64,000 nt of DNA from an uncultured Spirochaetota bacterium (lineage in GTDB: Bacteria; Spirochaetota; Spirochaetia; SZUA-6; Fen-1364), in NCBI GenBank assembly GCA_963820525.1, contig CAWGAA010000001.1, positions 1,184,001-1,248,000 on the forward strand, read 5' to 3'. Below the pieces are notes generated by a model. That model was not told the DNA's origin. It was given only the letters and a program-made list of their open reading frames with translations, and searched no databases. How positions within the stretch are numbered: position 1 is the stretch's first letter; each line of letters starts with the position of its first letter. A program made the position numbers and the translations under genes. Shown here in pieces: positions 21,201-30,671 of the stretch.

Positions 21201-22138
21201 TCATTGGAGTGCTCGACGTGCAGAGCGAGCACACCGGCGCGTTCCAGCCGGAAACTGTTTCGATTCTCTCCACAATGGCGGACCAGATCGCCGTGGCCGT
21301 TCAGAACGCCCGCCTTCACGCCGCGGAGAAGGCCCGGGCGCGGGAGCTGGAGCGTGCCTACAAAACGCTTGAGGAACACCAGGGCAAGCTTCTCATCTCG
21401 GAGAAGATGGCTTCGATCGGGCGCCTGACGGCCGGGATAGCCCATGAGATGAACACGCCGCTGGCCGCCGTCCGCGCTTCCCTCAAGGAGGCTGAAAAAC
21501 TGGTGTCGGAATATCAGGATGCCGTTCGCGAAGCGAACCTGTCGCCGGCTGACCACCTGGAAATCGCCCGGGAAATGCAGCGGGCCCATCAGCTGGCCGC
21601 AAGCTCCGTGGAGCGCGCCGTGCTCTTCGTACGAGGCATCAATGCCCAGACCCGCGACCTTGCGCCCCAGGACCGCCAGCGCTTCAACGCCGTGCCGGTC
21701 ATCCGCGAGACCCTGATCCTCATCGGCCATGCCCTGCGCGCGGGAAAATGCGAAGCCGCCTTCACCCCGTCATCCGAAGTCGTCGAGCTTCTCGGCTCGC
21801 CCGGCCGTCTCTCGCAGGTCGTCACGAATCTTCTCACCAATTCCATCGACGCGTGCAAATCCGCGGGTACGGGGGCGATCGAAATCCTCCTCGCCCGTCG
21901 GGCGGGGAGCGTCAGGCTCTCGGTCAGCGACACCGGAAGCGGCATTGCCGCCGAGCATCTTCCGCGGATCTTCGATCCGATGTTCACCACAAAGCCCTTC
22001 GGCCAGGGCACGGGCCTGGGATTGACCATCGTACACGGGATCGTGGTGGGCGAGTTCGGTGCGGCCATCCAGGCCGAAAGCGTTCCGGGGCGCACGACCT
22101 TCACGATCGACTTTCCCGATCCGGGCGAAAGCCCGTGA
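18260..22138 (+). CDS. Soluble multi-sensor histidine kinase: LacI-type sugar-binding domain, 2 PAS, GAF, HisKA/HATPase
   Basis: DNYQGM..A..HL..HG.RR.AF, VPGDVAVASFDD, PPLT (LacI family); two IYVKD/IYFKD PAS repeats; GVLDVQS GAF; AHEMNTP, FTTKP, GTGLGL. Confidence 0.9.
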   Translation: MPSSHHHPLPQRTRRRIGLLAAQLSDYNGTALLQGVSDAAAERDVDVICFIGGELRPPNGSEGQKNILYALASAESIDGLVFWGGALTYYVGMEGLEAFCRRYHPLPMVSAGPAPQGIPSVCADNYQGMYEAASHLIEVHGCRRLAFLPGPQNHEEAQIRLHGYADALKNHGLSPDSKLVAPPGFWSRASGREGVGILLDDNGVRFDALMAAGDQITLGAMEELQRRGLRVPGDVAVASFDDSTEARYVSPPLTSASLLIYEQGYRALAIVMDMIEGRPATERVTLPARLSVRRSCGCADSTVSRAAIGTKAAEPEKRFGSQPGSALVGLRGKALLDMSRAGMESAAAEKLYDAFTKGLTGERGDEFVPALDAALDRAAGRGENLAAWQDALSAMRLRLLPHLDDKETAVRAEDLLHQARVAIEERRLRVHSLQQWETENYTRRLQEIVQSLITTLDSSELADVLADELPRLGIPSCCLSLYERPQVYAYPQPAPQRARLIMAYDGEGRAELEKGGRWFPSRQLAPAGMLDRARRSTMVVEPLFFRESQLGFVLFEIGPRNAALFDALADQISGVLKRELLFQEQARAEQELARERNLLRSLIDNIPDFIYVKDAEGRFLMANLALARLIGVVSPKELLGKTDFDFFPRELASKYRSDELEVIASAKPMLEAEERSVDGAGVEKWITTTKVPLKDAAGAVFGLVGMGKDITERKRAEDALRRERYLLGILLDNIPDYIYFKDAESRFLRTNRAHAHAFGLKSPEEAVGKSDFDFFTEEHARQAFEDEQRIMRTDLPIIGEVEKETWPDGRETWASTTKMPLRDLAGNIVGTFGVSRDVTAQKLAEEALRRSEERYHRQNISLRIASEVARAVTSILDIDVVLPRVVELIRERFGFYHVGLLLTDDASSSLTLRAASGPLSGFTAEGLSLPAGGQGMIASVGRSGKPHVSQDVSQDPLYLFFSPLNETRAEAAIPLLIGDAVIGVLDVQSEHTGAFQPETVSILSTMADQIAVAVQNARLHAAEKARARELERAYKTLEEHQGKLLISEKMASIGRLTAGIAHEMNTPLAAVRASLKEAEKLVSEYQDAVREANLSPADHLEIAREMQRAHQLAASSVERAVLFVRGINAQTRDLAPQDRQRFNAVPVIRETLILIGHALRAGKCEAAFTPSSEVVELLGSPGRLSQVVTNLLTNSIDACKSAGTGAIEILLARRAGSVRLSVSDTGSGIAAEHLPRIFDPMFTTKPFGQGTGLGLTIVHGIVVGEFGAAIQAESVPGRTTFTIDFPDPGESP

Positions 22139-22170
22139 TTCTCACCGAAAGCGGGAGCTCGAACGCGCGC

Positions 22171-22749
22171 CTAGATCTTGGCGCAGGCGGTCACGAAGGC
22201 GAGGTGGGCCAATACCCACCGGCTGGCGCCGACGTGAAACCCCGCGCGGCCGAGCAGCCTCTGCAGATCCGCCGCGCTCTGCCTTCCGAAATGCCTGATA
22301 ACGAATGACAACGGCGGGGGGAGAATGATATCGGCGAAGCAGAAACAGCCCCCGGGAGCCAGAACACGCGCCACCTCGCGCAGCCCCGCAAGCCGGCCTT
22401 CCCAGTGGTGGAACGAAAGCGTGCTCACCGCCACATCGATAGAGGAGTCAGGGAACGGCAGGGCTTCGGCCAGGCCCGCATGAAAGGCGGCCCCCGGCGC
22501 GAGGCCGCGCGCGATCTCGACCATTTCCTCATCCGGGTCGACGCCGATCAGGCGCGCCGAAGGCCAGCGCGCCCCGGCCTTGCGGAGCAGTCTCCCCGTA
22601 CCGCATCCGATATCAAGGATTGCGGCCTTCTCGATTCCGCTTTTCGCGCCCGCAGCAAGGTCCAGGACCGCGCGGTGCACCCGGTCGAACGCTCCCTGCA
22701 GGAAGCAGCCCTCGTAACGCGCGGCCTGCCCTGCACTGCGATCCGGCAT
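22171..22749 (-). CDS. Class I SAM-dependent methyltransferase
   Basis: ILDIGCGTG, LPFPD.S.D, RVL.PGG. Confidence 0.85.
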   Translation of the reverse strand: MPDRSAGQAARYEGCFLQGAFDRVHRAVLDLAAGAKSGIEKAAILDIGCGTGRLLRKAGARWPSARLIGVDPDEEMVEIARGLAPGAAFHAGLAEALPFPDSSIDVAVSTLSFHHWEGRLAGLREVARVLAPGGCFCFADIILPPPLSFVIRHFGRQSAADLQRLLGRAGFHVGASRWVLAHLAFVTACAKI

Positions 22750-22770
22750 ATCGATGCTCCCCGCCGCGGA

Positions 22771-23013
22771 TCACAGCTCCCCGATGACGGGGACTCTCGC
22801 CAAGAGGTCCTCGCCATGGGGAGCCCGCTCCAGCTCTTCCGTGAGGTCGCTTCCGGCGTCATGGAGAACCTGATGCTTGCCGCCGCGCCAATGATAGCTT
22901 GCCGTCACGTCGTAGACTTTGCCCCTGAACGCGATATATGCAGGAGCCCCATCCCTGCCGGTAAAGCGGGAAAGCTCCTCCACGGTGAACTTCCGCAAGC
23001 CCCCCGAGCTCAC
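22771..23013 (-). CDS. Cytochrome b5-like heme/steroid-binding protein
   Basis: FT.EEL..F.G..G..AYIA..GKVYDVT...W..G.H...H.AG.DLT....APHG. Confidence 0.85.
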   Translation of the reverse strand: MSSGGLRKFTVEELSRFTGRDGAPAYIAFRGKVYDVTASYHWRGGKHQVLHDAGSDLTEELERAPHGEDLLARVPVIGEL

Positions 23014-23561
23014 CTGAGGAACTTGCCGACAAACGGAGACGTCTCACCCCTTCGCATGAAATGTCCGGACGGGCCCTCTCCGAGGAACTCGGAGAACCAT
23101 GACTCGTGCTCGATTTCCTCGTTGAGGATGGCCAGGGATAGATCGTAGGTGCGATGATCCTTTCCCGCGGTCATGTTGCAGATCTGGGTATAGCCGCGGA
23201 CGGCGCACCGCTCTGCGTCCACCAGGACTTTCAGCATCTCCTTGGTATTCGTCGGGTCTTTCGGCAGGCTCGCCGGCGGACAGGCCGAAGCATCGTGGAA
23301 ATCCTTGAGATTCCCATGAAGCTTCCCCCCGAGCTCATAGATCCTCGGCACCAGCGCCTCGAAGTGATTTCGGTCTTCTATCCTGGCCACCTCGGCGATC
23401 TCCTTGATCCCCTCCCCTTCCAGTCCGATCAGATTGACCCGAAGGATCGTGTAGTAGTAGAAAGTGGTCAATTCAGCGGACGCATTCTTGACCAGAAGCT
23501 CCACGAGCTGTTCGACGTTGACTCCGGCCTTTTCCACCATTTCCCGTGCCACCCGTGCCAT
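23010..23561 (-). CDS. DPS-like (DPSL) ferritin-superfamily protein
   Basis: AELTTFYYYTILR, EDRNHFE, SACPPA, AERCAVR, EEIEHE, GHF. Confidence 0.9.
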   Translation of the reverse strand: MARVAREMVEKAGVNVEQLVELLVKNASAELTTFYYYTILRVNLIGLEGEGIKEIAEVARIEDRNHFEALVPRIYELGGKLHGNLKDFHDASACPPASLPKDPTNTKEMLKVLVDAERCAVRGYTQICNMTAGKDHRTYDLSLAILNEEIEHESWFSEFLGEGPSGHFMRRGETSPFVGKFLR

Positions 23562-23674
23562 ACTTTTCCCTCCTCAAGGTAAAGAATTCTTTCTCCAAAG
23601 ATACGACTTGCCGACGGACACGGCCACAAATTCAGCAGGCCGGAGAACACGGCCGTGGCGTTCAGCGGCTCCCC

Positions 23675-24359
23675 TCACACAGCATTCGATTCCTCCGCCC
23701 TTTCCGCGAGCCTGCCGGGATCTAGGATCTTGATCTTCGCCCTGAGGATGGAAACCAGGCCGGCCGCTTCGAAGTCCTTCACAATGCGGCTCACCACTTC
23801 GCGGGAGGTCCCCACCTCGGAGGCGATCTGTTGGTGCGTTCTCTCCACGGCGTTCTCTCCAATCGACGCATTCTTGAGGAGAAAGGCCGCAATACGCGAG
23901 TCCATGTGACGGAAAGCCACCTCCTCCACGAGCGTGAGAACCATCTCGAGGCGTTTCGAATACAGGCCGAACACGAACCGTCGCCACTGCGGATACTCTT
24001 CGACAAAGCCGACAAAGAGCCGGGAGGGGATGAGAAGGACATCCGTGGCGACCTTCCGCCTGGGCGATGGCGGGGAATGAATTGCCGTTCAGGATGCAGG
24101 TTGTCGTGAGGATGCAGCTTTCTCCACGCGCGATGCGGTACAAGGTAAGCTCTTTCCCCGATTCGCTTATCTTGTAAACGCGAAGGGAGCCTGACATTAC
24201 GAAGGGGAGATAGGCGCAGTCATTTCCAGCTCCTACCAGAATCTGGCCATCGTCGAGGCTTTTTCTAACCGCGTGGGCTGAAAACGACTCCTGCCCCCTC
24301 CCCGGAAGGGTTGCGAGGAATGGAAAAGCGTCGGTCAGAGAATCTCTTGAAGAAAGCAT
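23675..24359 (-). pseudogene. Crp/Fnr family regulator, +1 frameshift near 24050
   Basis: SGSLRVYKISESGKE.TLY....GESC cNMP domain; THQQIA.EVGTSREVVSR HTH lies in another frame. Confidence 0.85.
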
Positions 24360-24424
24360 CGCTCGCCTCCGTTCAGACCTCCCGCAAAGCTCCGGCCTTC
24401 CGCTCGCCCGGCCGGAGCTCCCCG

Positions 24425-24856
24425 TCATCCCTTCCCGCGCGCCTGCGCCGCAAACACGCGGACCCGCTCCCTGATGGAATCGCGAAGCTCACGGACTTTC
24501 TCCATCATCTCCTCGTCGCTACCCGTGAACGTAGAGGGATCGGGAAACGGCCAGTGGAGCTTTTCCGCGGCACCGGGAAAGATGGGGCATCGCTCCGCGG
24601 CTTCCTTGGAGCAGACCGTAACCACGTAGCGGTACCGTCTGCCCGCCTTGTACAGGTCGAACACCGATTGGGTCCTGTTCGAAGAAATATCGATTCCATC
24701 CTCTTTTAGGGCACGCACGACGTAAGGATTGAGCTTCCCGGGCTCCAACCCCGCGCTCTCTATCGTGAAAGCGCCTCCACCGAACTTCTTGAGGTACGCC
24801 TCCGCCATCTGGCTGCGGGCGGAGTTGTGCACGCAGAGAAAAAGAACGCTGATCAT
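24425..24856 (-). CDS. arsC: Thioredoxin-dependent arsenate reductase (LMW-PTP fold)
   Basis: [18 protein letters not shown]...CP.FPG, HW.FPDP. Confidence 0.85.
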   Translation of the reverse strand: MISVLFLCVHNSARSQMAEAYLKKFGGGAFTIESAGLEPGKLNPYVVRALKEDGIDISSNRTQSVFDLYKAGRRYRYVVTVCSKEAAERCPIFPGAAEKLHWPFPDPSTFTGSDEEMMEKVRELRDSIRERVRVFAAQARGKG

Positions 24857-24929
24857 GTCTCCCCCCGCGGATAAAAGTACTCATGAATTGCTAGAATTGC
24901 GTTAGCGCGCCTCGCGACGCGGGCCGGGC

Positions 24930-26126
24930 TCAGCGGAGCAGAACGGAAATGCCTATACCCCCGAGCACCACCCACAACAGATCGACGCGAAGGAAAAGCG
25001 CGATGAAGGCGGCGCACGCAAGGCCGATTCGGGGGATATCCCAGCCAACTGAGAAACCGAGGCGCACCACGACGCTCGCGAGGAGCCCCACGAAGGAGCA
25101 GAGGATTCCGGCGACCGCTTTTCGGAAAAGGGGAAACGCGTTGAGTCTTGCGAAGAAAGGCGAAGTGACGACAACCATCACGAAAGACGGCAGGAATATG
25201 CTCACGGTGGCGACAAGGCCTCCTAACGGCCCCGAAAGGACATATCCGACGAACGTCGAGGTGATCACGATGGGCCCGGGGGTCACTTGTCCCAGCGCGA
25301 TGCCGTCCATGAAAGTCTTCACGTCCATCCACCGACGCAGGTCGACGACCTCATGGAGCATCAGGGGAACGGAAGCGAACCCGCCCCCGAACGCGAAAAG
25401 ATCGACCTTCATCATGAGAAGCGAGAGATCGAAGAGCCGCCCACCAAAGAGCAGGAGGGCGAGGAGGCATGCGCCGGCAGATCCAATAATGACGAGGATT
25501 GCAGCGAGCGCAAAAGGCTTGCGCTCCGCCCTCGCTTCTTTCGGAATGCCGTCGCCATGAGAAAGGGCCGCTCCCAGGACGGCGGAGCCAATGACCACCA
25601 GGATAGGGCTCGCCCCGAGCCAGAAGAGGGCCGCCGCGATGGGCGCGATGAGGAAGTCCTGCCATTTCTTCAGATAGGATCTGCCGAAGGTGAGGGCGGC
25701 GTGGGAGATCACGGCGACGATCAATGCGCGCAGGCCGCCTAATGTCGCCGCAACGGCCGGCAGCGCATTGAAACGGACATAGAGTGCCGACAGGGCGAGC
25801 ATCAGCGAAAAAGCCGGAAGACCGAACCCGATGAAGGCGGCAGCGGCCCCCGGGACTCCCCGAAGCCGAAGGCCCACGTACGCGCATGTTTGCATCGCCG
25901 TTGCGCCGGGGATGGTCTGGCAGAGGGCGACACCTTCCTTGAAAGTCTCCTCATCGAGCCAGTTTTTCTGCTGGACGGCCATCGTGCGCACGTGCGCCAC
26001 CATGGCCGGACCGCCGAACGCCGTGGCGCCCAATCTGAGGAAGGACAGGAATATGCCGGCCAGCGTTGGCCGCCCCTGCTCCTCCTGTGGTGAACCTGCC
26101 TCGCCGCTGCTCTCACCGTTTTGCAT
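24930..26126 (-). CDS. chrA: Chromate efflux transporter
   Basis: LG.TAFGGP, CQTIPGA, FGGGF, GQVTPGP duplicated CHR halves. Confidence 0.9.
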   Translation of the reverse strand: MQNGESSGEAGSPQEEQGRPTLAGIFLSFLRLGATAFGGPAMVAHVRTMAVQQKNWLDEETFKEGVALCQTIPGATAMQTCAYVGLRLRGVPGAAAAFIGFGLPAFSLMLALSALYVRFNALPAVAATLGGLRALIVAVISHAALTFGRSYLKKWQDFLIAPIAAALFWLGASPILVVIGSAVLGAALSHGDGIPKEARAERKPFALAAILVIIGSAGACLLALLLFGGRLFDLSLLMMKVDLFAFGGGFASVPLMLHEVVDLRRWMDVKTFMDGIALGQVTPGPIVITSTFVGYVLSGPLGGLVATVSIFLPSFVMVVVTSPFFARLNAFPLFRKAVAGILCSFVGLLASVVVRLGFSVGWDIPRIGLACAAFIALFLRVDLLWVVLGGIGISVLLR

Positions 26127-26188
26127 GGAGCTATTGTAAAGCTCGGAACACTATCCGGCGTCAAGGGGCGGCACTCGAGCGACCGCCC

Positions 26189-27451
26189 TTACGCCATCTT
26201 GTCCGGCCGGCCGCGTCGAAAGCTCGCGTACAGCAGCAGGTCGTACACGATCTTCAGTCCCCCCGCCAGAAAGAAGGGAATGCCGGACAGCAGAGGACTG
26301 GCGAGCAGCGGCCCGGTGAAAACGGGAGAAAGCGACGCCCCGGTGGTGCGTGCGATCCCCGTTACCCCCGCAGCCGCCGATCTCTCGTCCGGGCTCACCG
26401 CGGCCATTGTGTAGGACTGGCGCGTCGGCACGTCCATCTGCGAGATGCTGAAGCGAAGCAGGAGGGCGCCAATGGCCAGCGGCAGGCTGGGCATGAGGGG
26501 AACCGCGATCAGGAGCAGATTGGACGGGATATGCGTGAAGACCATCGTGTTTATCAGGCCGATCCGGGAAGCCAGGCGCGCGGCTGTAAGCGCCGATATC
26601 CCGGCCAGGATGTTCGCGCCGAAGAAGATGCCGCCCAGGACTGCCGGCGGGACGCCGAAGCGGAGGTGGAACCAGTACGCCACGATGCTCTGGATGACGA
26701 ACCCTCCCGCAAAGGCGTCGAGGGAGAACAGCGCGGAGAGCTTGAAAACAATGCGGCGGGAGCGATGCAGGCCCAGGCGCCTCACCGGCGCGCGCGTCGA
26801 GCGGGGAACCTCGACCCCGGAGGAGAGCCGAGCGAACATGACCGCCAGCGCAAGCCCGAGAAGGGCGTATCCGACGACAATGAGCCGGTAGGTCTCAAGC
26901 GGCGGAAGCCCCCGGTGCTGCAAGAGCTGCGCGAGGCCGCCGCCGCACAGCGCGCCAAGCGCGGTCGCGAAGGAGCCCACGAGGTTGTACCAGGAGAAAA
27001 CCATGGTGCGGCTGTCATCCGAAACGATGTGGGAAAGGGCCGCCTGCTCGAGGGCGAGAAAGGGGCCTACCTCGTTTCCGCTTGGGCTTATCACGCCAAC
27101 CGTGGCGGCTGCAAGCAGGAGAATGAAATCCTTCGTCAGGGCGAACAGGATCCCGGCGAACACCATCAGCGCAGCGCCCGCCAGGAGCATGCGCTTCCGC
27201 CCGATTCTGTCCGCGCTTGTCGTGATACCCAGCGAAATGAGGGTATCGCCGACAAGGGTAAGCGTGATGAGAAGGCCGATCTGCACATTGTTCAAGCCCG
27301 CCTCCGCCAGGTAAAGCACAAGCACAACGGAGAGAAAGCCGTAGGCGAACAGGCGCACGATGCGCGTCGCGAACAGGAGCCTCCCATCCCGACCAATGGA
27401 TCTCATGCCCCTCACGTGGCGGATTATAGCGAGATCGCTTCGAAGGTTCAT
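26189..27451 (-). CDS. MFS transporter
   Basis: ADRIGRKR motif A; DAFAGG; SQMDVPTRQSY; 12 TM. Start may be ATG 27406. Confidence 0.85.
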   Translation of the reverse strand: MNLRSDLAIIRHVRGMRSIGRDGRLLFATRIVRLFAYGFLSVVLVLYLAEAGLNNVQIGLLITLTLVGDTLISLGITTSADRIGRKRMLLAGAALMVFAGILFALTKDFILLLAAATVGVISPSGNEVGPFLALEQAALSHIVSDDSRTMVFSWYNLVGSFATALGALCGGGLAQLLQHRGLPPLETYRLIVVGYALLGLALAVMFARLSSGVEVPRSTRAPVRRLGLHRSRRIVFKLSALFSLDAFAGGFVIQSIVAYWFHLRFGVPPAVLGGIFFGANILAGISALTAARLASRIGLINTMVFTHIPSNLLLIAVPLMPSLPLAIGALLLRFSISQMDVPTRQSYTMAAVSPDERSAAAGVTGIARTTGASLSPVFTGPLLASPLLSGIPFFLAGGLKIVYDLLLYASFRRGRPDKMA

Positions 27452-27763
27452 CCGACGTTGGTGCGGGACGGCCCTTTCGACTCCATTGGACTCTGCGGAG
27501 GCGCAAGATGAAATGGATTACCCGCTCGCACGTTCATGTCGATCGCGTGGCCTGCCCGTGGTTGATCAGCCGCTTCGTGGACAGCGAAGCCGAGTTCCTG
27601 TTCGTTCCCGCATCTCGGATCGAGCTTTATCGACGGCGATCCTCTGGCCCGCCAGTTCGATGTCTATGATGCCTTGTACGCATGGTGCCGGATGCATGCG
27701 GCCGGCGCGCAGGGAAAGGCCGCCGTCGACACGCATGCATGATCTCGGCCGCGACGCTCCCAA

Positions 27764-29566
27764 TCACGCGTCGAGCACGTCACGGACCTTGGCAGCGAGA
27801 GCGCTGGGCATGAAAGGCTTGGAGATGAACTCGCCTCCGGCGGCGAGGATTCCATGCCGAAGGACCGCATCGTCCGTGTAGCCCGACATGTAGAGGACCT
27901 TCATGTTCGGGCGCAGGGGAGCGAGCTCTTCGGCGAGCTCCCGCCCATCCACGGCTTCCAGCACGTTGTAGCCTTTCGCGCGGAGAGTCGATTTGGCCAG
28001 AGACCGGACCATGTCATTGTCCTCGACAAGCAGGATGGTTTCCGTGCCGCCGCGGGAAGCGATGGGAGCCTGGAGAGCTGCCGGGGATTCCGCTTCCGCC
28101 TGGATCGCGGGCAGGTAGATCTTGAACGTGGTGCCGCGGCCGGGCTCGCTGTAGGCCAGAATCTCCCCGCCGCTCTGTTTCACGATTCCATAGGAGGTGG
28201 CCAACCCGAGGCCGGTCCCCTTCCCCGGCTCTTTCGTGGAGAAGAAGGGCTCGAATATATGGGCTTGGACCCGCGCGTCCATCCCCCTGCCGTTGTCCGA
28301 GAAAGTCAGAAGCACGCACGGGCCCAGGGGGACTCCGAAGTGGCTGCGGCCGTACGCCTCGTCGAGGTCCACGTTGCGGGTTTCCACCGTGAGCACCCCG
28401 CCCGTGGGCATCGCATCCCGCGCGTTGACAACGAAGTTCATGATCACCTGCTCGATCTGGCCGGGATCCGCGAAGACCGAGCGCAGCCCGCTTTCGAGGA
28501 TGGTGGACAGGGTGATGTCCTCTCCAATGATCCGCTCCAGCATCTTCTGAAGGTTGGAAACCAGGTCATTGAGGCTGACAAGCCGGGGGGCAAGGATCTG
28601 TTTTCTGCTGAAGGCAAGCAGCTGGCTCGTGAGCGCGGCCGCCTTCTGTTCCGCGGCCATCACCTGATCCAGGTCCTTGTCGAGGGGGGCGCCGGGAGGG
28701 GTCTTCTCCTTCATGATCTCGCAGTACCCTCTGATCACGGTGAGCAGATTGTTGAAGTCGTGGGCCACCCCGCCGGCCAGCCGCCCGATGCTCTCCATCT
28801 TTTGAGCCTGCCGCAGCTGCTCCTCGAGCTTCGCCCGGGTCTCCTCGGCGCGCCTGCGCTCCGTTATGTCGCGGCTCACCCCGACCGCGCCGATGGGCCT
28901 GCCGTCTTCGGCGCGAAGGAGCGAGATCGAGGACTGGACAAAAAGCACGGCATTGTCCCTGCGGATCTCCCGCAATTCGCCGCTCCAGTTTCCCTGCTCG
29001 AGGATCTGCCGGTGCCGCTCCGCTCTGCGGCCCGAGTCGTCGTCGAGCGCTCCCAGGATATCCCGCGTCGCCTTGCCGACCACCTCCTCCGCCTTCCACC
29101 CATAGATCTTTTCCGCCGCCTTGTTCCAGCTCCTGATAACGAAGCTCAGATCCGTGGCGATGATCGCGTCGGAGACGTTATCGAGGAGACTGGCCTGGTA
29201 CTGCGACGAGAACGAGCCGTCGCGATTGACCCCGACGCCGTAGGAAATACGCGCCGGAGAACCGCCCGTTTTTGCCCAATCGAGCGCCCCTTCCTTGTCC
29301 ATGCCTTCGGCAAGAACGAAAAAAGGGATATGCGGCAAGCGCTCCCGGACAAGGCCCAACGCTTCCCGCCAGTCGAACTGCGGTATCGGGTGATTGCAGA
29401 ATATGAGAGCGGGCGCGAACTCCTCCAGCGCCGCAAGGAGCCCGGCGCGCGAGCCCGTGCGAAGCACATCGGCGTTCGTGGAGAGCAGGGCGGAGATTTC
29501 CCCATCCCCGATGGAAGACCTTGTGGATGCGTCCGCGATGATCAAGACGCGAATTCGTCCAGGCAT
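27764..29566 (-). CDS. Hybrid PAS histidine kinase with a degenerate N-terminal REC and an internally deleted C-terminal REC
   Basis: WNKAAE..YG PAS; GGVAHDFNNLL; FFSTK..GKGTGLGL; TILLVED...YMSGY...KPF. Confidence 0.85.
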   Translation of the reverse strand: MPGRIRVLIIADASTRSSIGDGEISALLSTNADVLRTGSRAGLLAALEEFAPALIFCNHPIPQFDWREALGLVRERLPHIPFFVLAEGMDKEGALDWAKTGGSPARISYGVGVNRDGSFSSQYQASLLDNVSDAIIATDLSFVIRSWNKAAEKIYGWKAEEVVGKATRDILGALDDDSGRRAERHRQILEQGNWSGELREIRRDNAVLFVQSSISLLRAEDGRPIGAVGVSRDITERRRAEETRAKLEEQLRQAQKMESIGRLAGGVAHDFNNLLTVIRGYCEIMKEKTPPGAPLDKDLDQVMAAEQKAAALTSQLLAFSRKQILAPRLVSLNDLVSNLQKMLERIIGEDITLSTILESGLRSVFADPGQIEQVIMNFVVNARDAMPTGGVLTVETRNVDLDEAYGRSHFGVPLGPCVLLTFSDNGRGMDARVQAHIFEPFFSTKEPGKGTGLGLATSYGIVKQSGGEILAYSEPGRGTTFKIYLPAIQAEAESPAALQAPIASRGGTETILLVEDNDMVRSLAKSTLRAKGYNVLEAVDGRELAEELAPLRPNMKVLYMSGYTDDAVLRHGILAAGGEFISKPFMPSALAAKVRDVLDA

Positions 29567-29657
29567 CCACGCAAAGGATATCCCAAGCCCGCCGTTCTCA
29601 CAACCCGGCGGATGCGTCTCGAAAGCCGGGAGTCGGATAAACTCTAGGGAGCGAGCC

Positions 29658-30671
29658 TCACTTGATCCGTTTGCCCACCAGCGTCTGAATCGACACCGAG
29701 ACGACGATGATGAGCCCGTAGATGAGGTTCGACCAGAACCCGCTGATGTTCGAGGCAATGATCCCCGCGTTGATGGCCCCGATGATGTAGGAGGCCACGA
29801 AGGTGCCGAAGATTGTGCCCGCCCCTCCGAACACCGAGGTGCCGCCCAGGAACACCGATGCCAGAGTGGAGAGGAGGTAGCCTTCTCCCATGGTGGGCCA
29901 GAAGAACAGCAGGTCCTCGCTCACCAGAAAGCCGGCGAAGGCGGCCGCGAAACCCACGATGCAGAAGGTCAGGATCTTCGTCCTGTCCACGTTCACGCCC
30001 ATGAGGCGCGCGCTCTCCAGGTTGTCTCCCGTGAGGTAGACGTGGGCCCCGAAGCGGTGGCGGTTCAGGAAGAACCACACCACCACGGCGAAAAAAATGG
30101 TCCAGAGAAACTGCGCCGGGATGACTCCCCAGATCCGCCACACAAGCGCCTTGTACAGGAACGTGTCCTGCACCATCGTCATTCCCATCCCCTGGGCGTT
30201 GGTGAGCACCATCACGGCGCCCCGCCAGAAAAACTGCGTGCCGATGGTGGCAACCAGTGAGGGGACGCCGATCTTCACGATGATCAGCCCGTTGGCAAGG
30301 CCCGCCGCGACCCCTGCCGCCAGGCAGGCGACGAAGCCCAGCCCCACGCTGCCCGTGGCCTGGAACACCAGGTCGAAGGCCGTCATTCCGAACGCCATCA
30401 CCGAGGGGAAGGAGAGGTCGATCTCCCCAGTGATCACGATCAGGGTGATAGGGATGGCCATCAGGGCGAAGTACGGCGTGGTGGACATGTAGGCCACGTA
30501 GATATTCTTGGACAGGAAGGTGATGGGAGAGCCGATGAGGAACAAAAGCCAGATGAACACCGCCACTCCCACGATGCCTACCTGGATCGAGTAGGTCCTC
30601 AAGAATCGCCTCAGCGGGCTTCTCTTCGCCGCGGGGGATACGGGCCTGTCGGTCTCGTTGATGGTGCTCAT
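29658..30671 (-). CDS. Sugar ABC transporter permease
   Basis: GEIDLS, TGDN.ESARLMGVNV, LGGTS..GG.G. Confidence 0.9.
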   Translation of the reverse strand: MSTINETDRPVSPAAKRSPLRRFLRTYSIQVGIVGVAVFIWLLFLIGSPITFLSKNIYVAYMSTTPYFALMAIPITLIVITGEIDLSFPSVMAFGMTAFDLVFQATGSVGLGFVACLAAGVAAGLANGLIIVKIGVPSLVATIGTQFFWRGAVMVLTNAQGMGMTMVQDTFLYKALVWRIWGVIPAQFLWTIFFAVVVWFFLNRHRFGAHVYLTGDNLESARLMGVNVDRTKILTFCIVGFAAAFAGFLVSEDLLFFWPTMGEGYLLSTLASVFLGGTSVFGGAGTIFGTFVASYIIGAINAGIIASNISGFWSNLIYGLIIVVSVSIQTLVGKRIK

